From contig BPGA01000001.1 of NCBI GenBank assembly GCA_026002795.1, positions 330,001 through 362,000 on the forward strand: 32,000 nucleotides of DNA. Direction: 5' to 3'. The stretch is from Candidatus Saccharimonadota bacterium. GTDB taxonomy: Archaea; Nanobdellota; Nanobdellia; Pacearchaeales; GW2011-AR1. Positions 31,639 through 32,000 of the stretch are shown here, piece by piece. The notes beneath the pieces were generated by a model. It made no database searches. It was not told the origin of the DNA and worked only from the letters and a program-made list of their open reading frames with translations. The first letter of the stretch is position 1. Every line of letters begins with the position of its first letter. A program made the translations under genes and the position numbers.

Positions 31639-32000
31639 ATGCAAATAAAACTTCTTGTTGAGGGAGGGAATATGCAACCAGGTCCTACTTTAAGTCAAAA
31701 AATAGGACCTTTAGGATTGAATATTGGTCAGATAATACAAAAGGTTAACGAAGCAACAAAAAACTTCAAAGGAATGAAAGTTCCTGTTGAAATTAATGTT
31801 AACACATCTACAAAAGAGATTAGTGTTAAAGTTTTTTCTCCTCCTGTTTCAGAGTTATTAAAAAAAGAATTAGGAATTGAAAAAGGTTCTGGAGATCATA
31901 AAAAGTTTAAGGTTGCTAATGCATCAATAGAACAAATAATTTCTATTGCAAAATCAAAATTTCCTAATATGTTAAGTAAAAATTTAAAATCAGCAGTTAA
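31639..32000 (+). CDS. rpl11: 50S ribosomal protein L11 (uL11), 3' end beyond the window
   Basis: MQIKLLVEGGNMQPGPTLSQKIGPLGLNIGQIIQKVNEATKNFKGMKVPVEINV...PPVSELLKKELGIEKGSG. Directly downstream of spt5, as in the conserved array. Not in the ORF track because it is truncated. Confidence 0.9.
   Translation, partial: MQIKLLVEGGNMQPGPTLSQKIGPLGLNIGQIIQKVNEATKNFKGMKVPVEINVNTSTKEISVKVFSPPVSELLKKELGIEKGSGDHKKFKVANASIEQIISIAKSKFPNMLSKNLKSAV

Noticed and set aside
1-32000. Search for mobile elements, CRISPR arrays, defence systems, reverse transcriptase/DGR components, rRNA genes, and alternative genetic code
   Set aside because: I recognised no transposase, integrase or RT motifs, no repeat-spacer arrays, and no long GC-rich structured RNA apart from the three tRNAs. 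TGA, TAA and TAG all terminate well-supported genes at expected lengths (for example TGA ends gins51 and rpl1), so there is no sign of stop-codon reassignment.

Overview
AT-rich, gene-dense archaeal chromosome segment. The archaeal assignment rests on RadA, aEF-1beta, aIF2-alpha, aIF5A, Nop10, L40e, Spt5, P0/P1, Gins51, a RecJ/GAN-like DHH protein and Bud32. Short proteins, tight or overlapping genes and several reduced proteins suggest a small-genome, DPANN-like organism; this is inference only. I support about 43 protein genes. Three of them are conserved sub-60-aa genes absent from the ORF track: Nop10, L40e and SecE. There are also 3 intron-less tRNAs without encoded CCA: Arg-GCG, Gln-TTG and Thr-CGT. 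I saw no rRNA, CRISPR array, transposase or integrase. Most of the window is housekeeping: translation, SRP/Sec, replication and repair. Four places stand out. (1) At the left edge, a string of class III (type IV pilin-like) signal-peptide genes ends in a FlaK/PibD-type prepilin peptidase. Two of these pilin-like genes have frame breaks whose downstream frames lack any start codon. (2) The best candidate for something undescribed is a secreted M23/LytM-type metallopeptidase starting 1 nt after ftsZ. Together with it, a 753-aa secreted protein (cadherin-like domain, unknown beta-rich core, TolB-like PD40 propeller) is wedged between secE and spt5, inside an otherwise highly conserved gene array. 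(3) A 99-aa ORF resembling bacterial ribosomal protein S6 sits where L11 normally sits, upstream of L1-L10-L12. (4) An 8-nt A/T box starts exactly 29 nt upstream of many start codons. This implies leaderless mRNAs and helps fix ambiguous starts. All homology calls come from reading motifs by eye; no searches were run.
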